Below are positions 60,698 through 64,000 of a stretch of 64,000 nucleotides of DNA, piece after piece; the first letter of the stretch is position 1; each line of letters starts with the position of its first letter. The position numbers and the translations under genes are program-made. This DNA is from Faecousia sp. (lineage in GTDB: Bacteria > Bacillota > Clostridia > Oscillospirales > Oscillospiraceae). Where the stretch lies: the NCBI GenBank assembly GCA_045604565.1, contig JAZUOF010000076.1:152-64151 (forward strand), given 5' to 3'. The notes below the pieces were generated by a model. That model searched no databases, was not told the origin of the DNA, and saw only the letters and a list, made by a program, of their open reading frames with translations.

Positions 60698-60826
60698 ATG
60701 TATTTAGTAAGATATGTTGCGGGACATTACCAGGTTTATGACCTGGGTGGAAGATTCCTGTTTTCTGCAGACAGTCAACAGGAGATTCGGAAGGAATGGG
60801 AGGACTATGCGGAATCTGCGGCTTGA
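60698..60826 (+). CDS. Unannotated 42-aa small protein MYLVRYVAGHYQVYDLGGRFLFSADSQQEIRKEWEDYAESAA
   Basis: AAAGG RBS 9 bp upstream, open frame to TGA 60824-60826, overlaps truA start by 20 nt; below the ORF-track cutoff. Confidence 0.65.
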   Translation: MYLVRYVAGHYQVYDLGGRFLFSADSQQEIRKEWEDYAESAA

Positions 60827-61541
60827 TATTTGTTACGATGGAACGCGATACAAAGGCTGGCAACGGCTTTCCAACACGGATAATACGATACAGCAAAAGC
60901 TGGAGACCGCCTTGTCCCGTATTCTGGACGAGCCTATCGAATTAACAGGCAGCGGACGTACCGATGCCGGAACGCACGCCATACAGCAGGTCGCCAATTT
61001 TCACTGTAACAGCGTTATGCCGTGCCAGGAGATTCTCACGCAACTTCGCCGGTATTTACCGGAGGATATTGGCATATATTCTTGCAGGAATGTGTCCGAA
61101 CGCTTTCACGCACGGTTAAATGCCAAGACAAAGACTTATCATTATCGACTTTGGAACAGTGAACAGCCGTGTGTGTTTGATAGGCGATATGTTTATCAGG
61201 ATCCCAGACCCTTAGATGTGGATGCTATGCGCGCGGCAGCGGACAGGTTTCTTGGAGAGCATGACTTTTCGGCGTTTTGCGCGAATAAAAATATGAAGAA
61301 ATCCACAGTTCGGTATATTCACAATTTTACCATCACGCAAAAAGGGGATGAAGTGTGTTTTGCTGTGACAGGAAACGGCTTTTTGCATCATATGGTGCGG
61401 ATTATGGTAGGCACATTACTGGAAGTGGGAAGGGCAGAACGAAACACAAAGGATATAGACATGCTTTTTGGAGCGCAGCGTGCAATGGCAGGTGAGCTTG
61501 TTCCATCCAGCGGACTATGTCTGATGGAGGTAACCTATTGA
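60807..61541 (+). CDS. truA: tRNA pseudouridine(38-40) synthase
   Basis: GGAGG RBS, ATG 60807; YDGTRYKGWQ, GSGRTDAGTHA, FHAR, GEHDF, GFLHHMVR. Confidence 0.96.
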   Translation: MRNLRLDICYDGTRYKGWQRLSNTDNTIQQKLETALSRILDEPIELTGSGRTDAGTHAIQQVANFHCNSVMPCQEILTQLRRYLPEDIGIYSCRNVSERFHARLNAKTKTYHYRLWNSEQPCVFDRRYVYQDPRPLDVDAMRAAADRFLGEHDFSAFCANKNMKKSTVRYIHNFTITQKGDEVCFAVTGNGFLHHMVRIMVGTLLEVGRAERNTKDIDMLFGAQRAMAGELVPSSGLCLMEVTY

Positions 61542-61879
61542 ACATTCAGATTTTTGGAAAAAGCAAATGCTTTGACACAAAGAAAGCAGAGCGTTATTTT
61601 AAAGAGCGCCGTATTTCATATCAATTTATCGACGTGATTCAGTACGGATTTTCCCCGAAGGAGTTTGATTCTGTCCTGCGCGCCGTGGGCGGAGTTGATC
61701 GACTGATTGACTGGGGTAACAAGTCACAGGAAATCACAAATATGAAATATATGGATGATTCCAGGGCAAAAGAAGATAAAATTTTTGATGACCCCCGCTT
61801 GATGCGAACACCAGTTGTGCGGAACGGAAAAATAGCAACGGTAGGGTATTGTCCCGATGAATGGGCAAGGTGGGAATAA
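61538..61879 (+). CDS. ArsC/Spx/YffB-like thioredoxin-fold protein
   Basis: TTG 61538 overlapping truA stop; NIQIFGKSKCFDTKKAERYFKER, LMRTPVVRNG. Confidence 0.85.
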   Translation: MNIQIFGKSKCFDTKKAERYFKERRISYQFIDVIQYGFSPKEFDSVLRAVGGVDRLIDWGNKSQEITNMKYMDDSRAKEDKIFDDPRLMRTPVVRNGKIATVGYCPDEWARWE

Positions 61880-61883
61880 TACG

Positions 61884-61917
61884 AAAGCAGTTTCTCTCAG
61901 GAGAAACTGCTTTTTTT
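61884..61917 (+). terminator. Intrinsic terminator
   Basis: AAAGCAGTTTCTC-tcag-GAGAAACTGCTTTTTTT. Confidence 0.85.
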
Positions 61918-61968
61918 GCAGATTTTTCTTGTATTGCTGGGAAATTAGTGATATGATAGGTGAGATTT

Positions 61969-63426
61969 ATGATAAAATGTCTGGAGTGGATCAACCATTT
62001 TGTGTGGGGTGTGCCCACATTACTGCTGATTTTGGTTGTCGGCATCTATTTGAGCATAAGAACAGGGTTTGTTCAAATTACATTTTTGCCAAAAGCAATT
62101 CGGTCATTTATCGTGAAATTTACAGACAGGACTAAGCGCTCCGATGGCGTTTCGCCCTATCAGGCGTTATGCACCGCCTTGGCGGCAACTGTCGGCACCG
62201 GCAACATTGCAGGTGTAGCCGGTGCAATCGCGCTTGGCGGGCCCGGCGCAGTCTTCTGGATGTGGGTCTGCGCTTTTTTAGGAATGTGCATTAAATATGC
62301 AGAAGCATCTCTGGCTGTCCGCTATCGGGTGAAAAGCGAAACCGGAGAGTGGATTGGCGGACCGATGTATATGATTTCCAGAGGCCTTGGGAGCAAATGG
62401 TTTCCGCTGGCATCTGCTTACTGCTTTTTCGCCGTTGTTGCCGCATTTGGTGTGGGGAATGCCACCCAGGTTAACGCAGTGATTGGTAGCATCGGAGTTA
62501 CTGTGGAGTCGCTGGGAGGCTCGACAAGCCGATCTTTGGATATTGTTATTGGCGCAATTCTGGCCCTTGTAACCGCTATGATGTTATCCGGTGGCGCAAA
62601 AAGGATTGGCAGCATTGCTGAGCGACTTGTACCTTACGCTTCGGTACTGTATATTCTCCTTTGTTTGGGTGTACTGATTGCTCGGATGGACAGGATTGGA
62701 AGCGCGTTCTCGTCTATTATTTACGGAGCATTTTCGCCTGAGGCTGTAACCGGCGGCGCAATTGGATCCGTATTTATTTCCTTGCGTATTGGTGCGTCCC
62801 GTGGCGTTTTCACCAATGAAGCGGGGATGGGCACTGCATCTATAGCTCATGCCGCGGCAGATGTCAGTCACCCGGCTGAGCAGGGTCTTATGGGAATCAT
62901 GGAGGTTTTCCTGGACACCATTGTGATTTGTACGATGACTGCGCTTGCAGTTTTGTGCAGCGGCATTGAGATTCCTTTTGGCTTTGATGCGGGGGCTGTG
63001 CTGACAACACAGGCGTTCTCTGCTGTATACGGGAATTGGGTATGCATCCCCATTGCTTTGTGCCTATGCTGCTTTGCTGTGGCAACCATTTTGGGGTGGG
63101 GACTATATGGCGCGCGATGCGCGCAGTTTCTGTTTGGGCATAAGGTTTGGCATTTCTTTGTTGCCCTGCAGGTTGTTACGGTTTTTATCAGTGTACTTCT
63201 AAAGACCGGAACGGTATGGATGTTGGCAGAAACCGTGAATGGTTTGATGGCCGTTCCCAATTTACTTGCTCTCTTCCGGCTCAGTCCTGAGCTGATAAAA
63301 CTTACGAAAGAATATAAAGCCGGCAGTTTCTCTGCCGCTGGAGGTACCTATGAAAATTTCCATCAATGCAAATCGCTGCGAACCTTCTCCAATGCGGAAG
63401 TTCCATCCGCTGGCGGTCAAGGCTGA
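61969..63426 (+). CDS. Alanine/glycine:cation symporter (AgcS/AlsT family)
   Basis: ALAATVGTGNIAGVA, GGPGAVFWMW, GGPMY, RGVFTNEAGMG, DTIVICTMT, NGLMAVPNL. Confidence 0.94.
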   Translation: MIKCLEWINHFVWGVPTLLLILVVGIYLSIRTGFVQITFLPKAIRSFIVKFTDRTKRSDGVSPYQALCTALAATVGTGNIAGVAGAIALGGPGAVFWMWVCAFLGMCIKYAEASLAVRYRVKSETGEWIGGPMYMISRGLGSKWFPLASAYCFFAVVAAFGVGNATQVNAVIGSIGVTVESLGGSTSRSLDIVIGAILALVTAMMLSGGAKRIGSIAERLVPYASVLYILLCLGVLIARMDRIGSAFSSIIYGAFSPEAVTGGAIGSVFISLRIGASRGVFTNEAGMGTASIAHAAADVSHPAEQGLMGIMEVFLDTIVICTMTALAVLCSGIEIPFGFDAGAVLTTQAFSAVYGNWVCIPIALCLCCFAVATILGWGLYGARCAQFLFGHKVWHFFVALQVVTVFISVLLKTGTVWMLAETVNGLMAVPNLLALFRLSPELIKLTKEYKAGSFSAAGGTYENFHQCKSLRTFSNAEVPSAGGQG

Positions 63427-64000
63427 AAAACAGGGGAAAACCATTTATCATTTAAATATCGGCAACCCGGATTTGCCTACACCCCAGGCGTTTTATGACA
63501 GTGTGCAGGCATTTGACAGCGCAACATTAAGCTATGCTGCTTCTCCGGGAATGCCTGTTTTAATAGATGCCATTCGGAATTACTATGATCATTTGGGAGT
63601 ATCCCTGGATTCCGATGATATCCTGATTACCAGCGGTGGTAGTGAGGCACTGTTGCTCACATGCCTTTCCATTCTGGACCCGTATACGGAAGTGATTATC
63701 CCGGAACCCTATTATCCGAATTACACAACGTTTGTACATGCCGCTGGCGGTGTTATTCGGGCGTTACATACCGGCCCGGAAGAAGGCTATCACTACGCAG
63801 ACCGCCGCCGTATTGAGAAACTGATTACCAAGAATACCCGCGCAATCCTGGTAACAAACCCCGGAAACCCTACGGGTGTAGTTCTTAGCGAACAGGAAAT
63901 GCGTATGATTGCGGATATTGCCAAAAAACACGATTTGTATCTGATCTGCGATGAAGTATACCGGGAATTCTGCTATGATGATCAGTTTGGCGTACCGACA
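63350..64000 (+). CDS. PLP-dependent class I/II aminotransferase (aspartate aminotransferase-like), partial
   Basis: GGAGG RBS, ATG 63350; manual translation MKISINANRCEPSPMRKF...LNIGNPD...TSGGSEAL...PYYPNY...NPGNPTG...CDEVYREF. Confidence 0.92.
   Translation, partial: MKISINANRCEPSPMRKFHPLAVKAEKQGKTIYHLNIGNPDLPTPQAFYDSVQAFDSATLSYAASPGMPVLIDAIRNYYDHLGVSLDSDDILITSGGSEALLLTCLSILDPYTEVIIPEPYYPNYTTFVHAAGGVIRALHTGPEEGYHYADRRRIEKLITKNTRAILVTNPGNPTGVVLSEQEMRMIADIAKKHDLYLICDEVYREFCYDDQFGVPT

Overview
64 kb of mostly core chromosome from a Clostridia-class bacterium. Gene order and sequence style suggest an Oscillospiraceae-like gut anaerobe (inference). Left to right: 5' part of pyruvate:ferredoxin oxidoreductase; a yifB(comM)-thiI-cinA-esterase-esterase-ATP-grasp operon; a polar amino-acid ABC transporter; a VanW-family protein; prs-pth-mfd; uvrA, an atypical kinase, radC, a DHFR-like protein, an EndA-like nuclease and uvrB; a degenerate polysaccharide deacetylase; dusB; an M23 peptidase; a pyr operon (pyrC carB pyrK pyrD pyrF pyrE pyrB::pyrI-Zn, no carA); a ZMP/ZTP-riboswitch-controlled pur operon (purE C F M N, PurO-like cyclohydrolase, AICAR transformylase, purD, purL); a ~3.2 kb AT-rich islet at the 3' end of tmRNA (HEPN-like/Zn-finger orphan, serine-recombinase remnant, LRR lipoprotein, two att-like relics); ssrA-ppi-smpB; HAD, NUDIX, ThrE, DegV, CopA, an unannotated 42-aa ORF, truA, ArsC-family, AgcS symporter and a partial aminotransferase. 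Most notable: apparent loss of glutaminase function at the entry step of both nucleotide pathways, the tmRNA islet with a candidate defence nuclease, the uncharacterised esterase-esterase-ATP-grasp module and several apparent pseudo-enzymes. No CRISPR array, rRNA or tRNA was seen. All calls come from reading motifs by eye; no searches were run.
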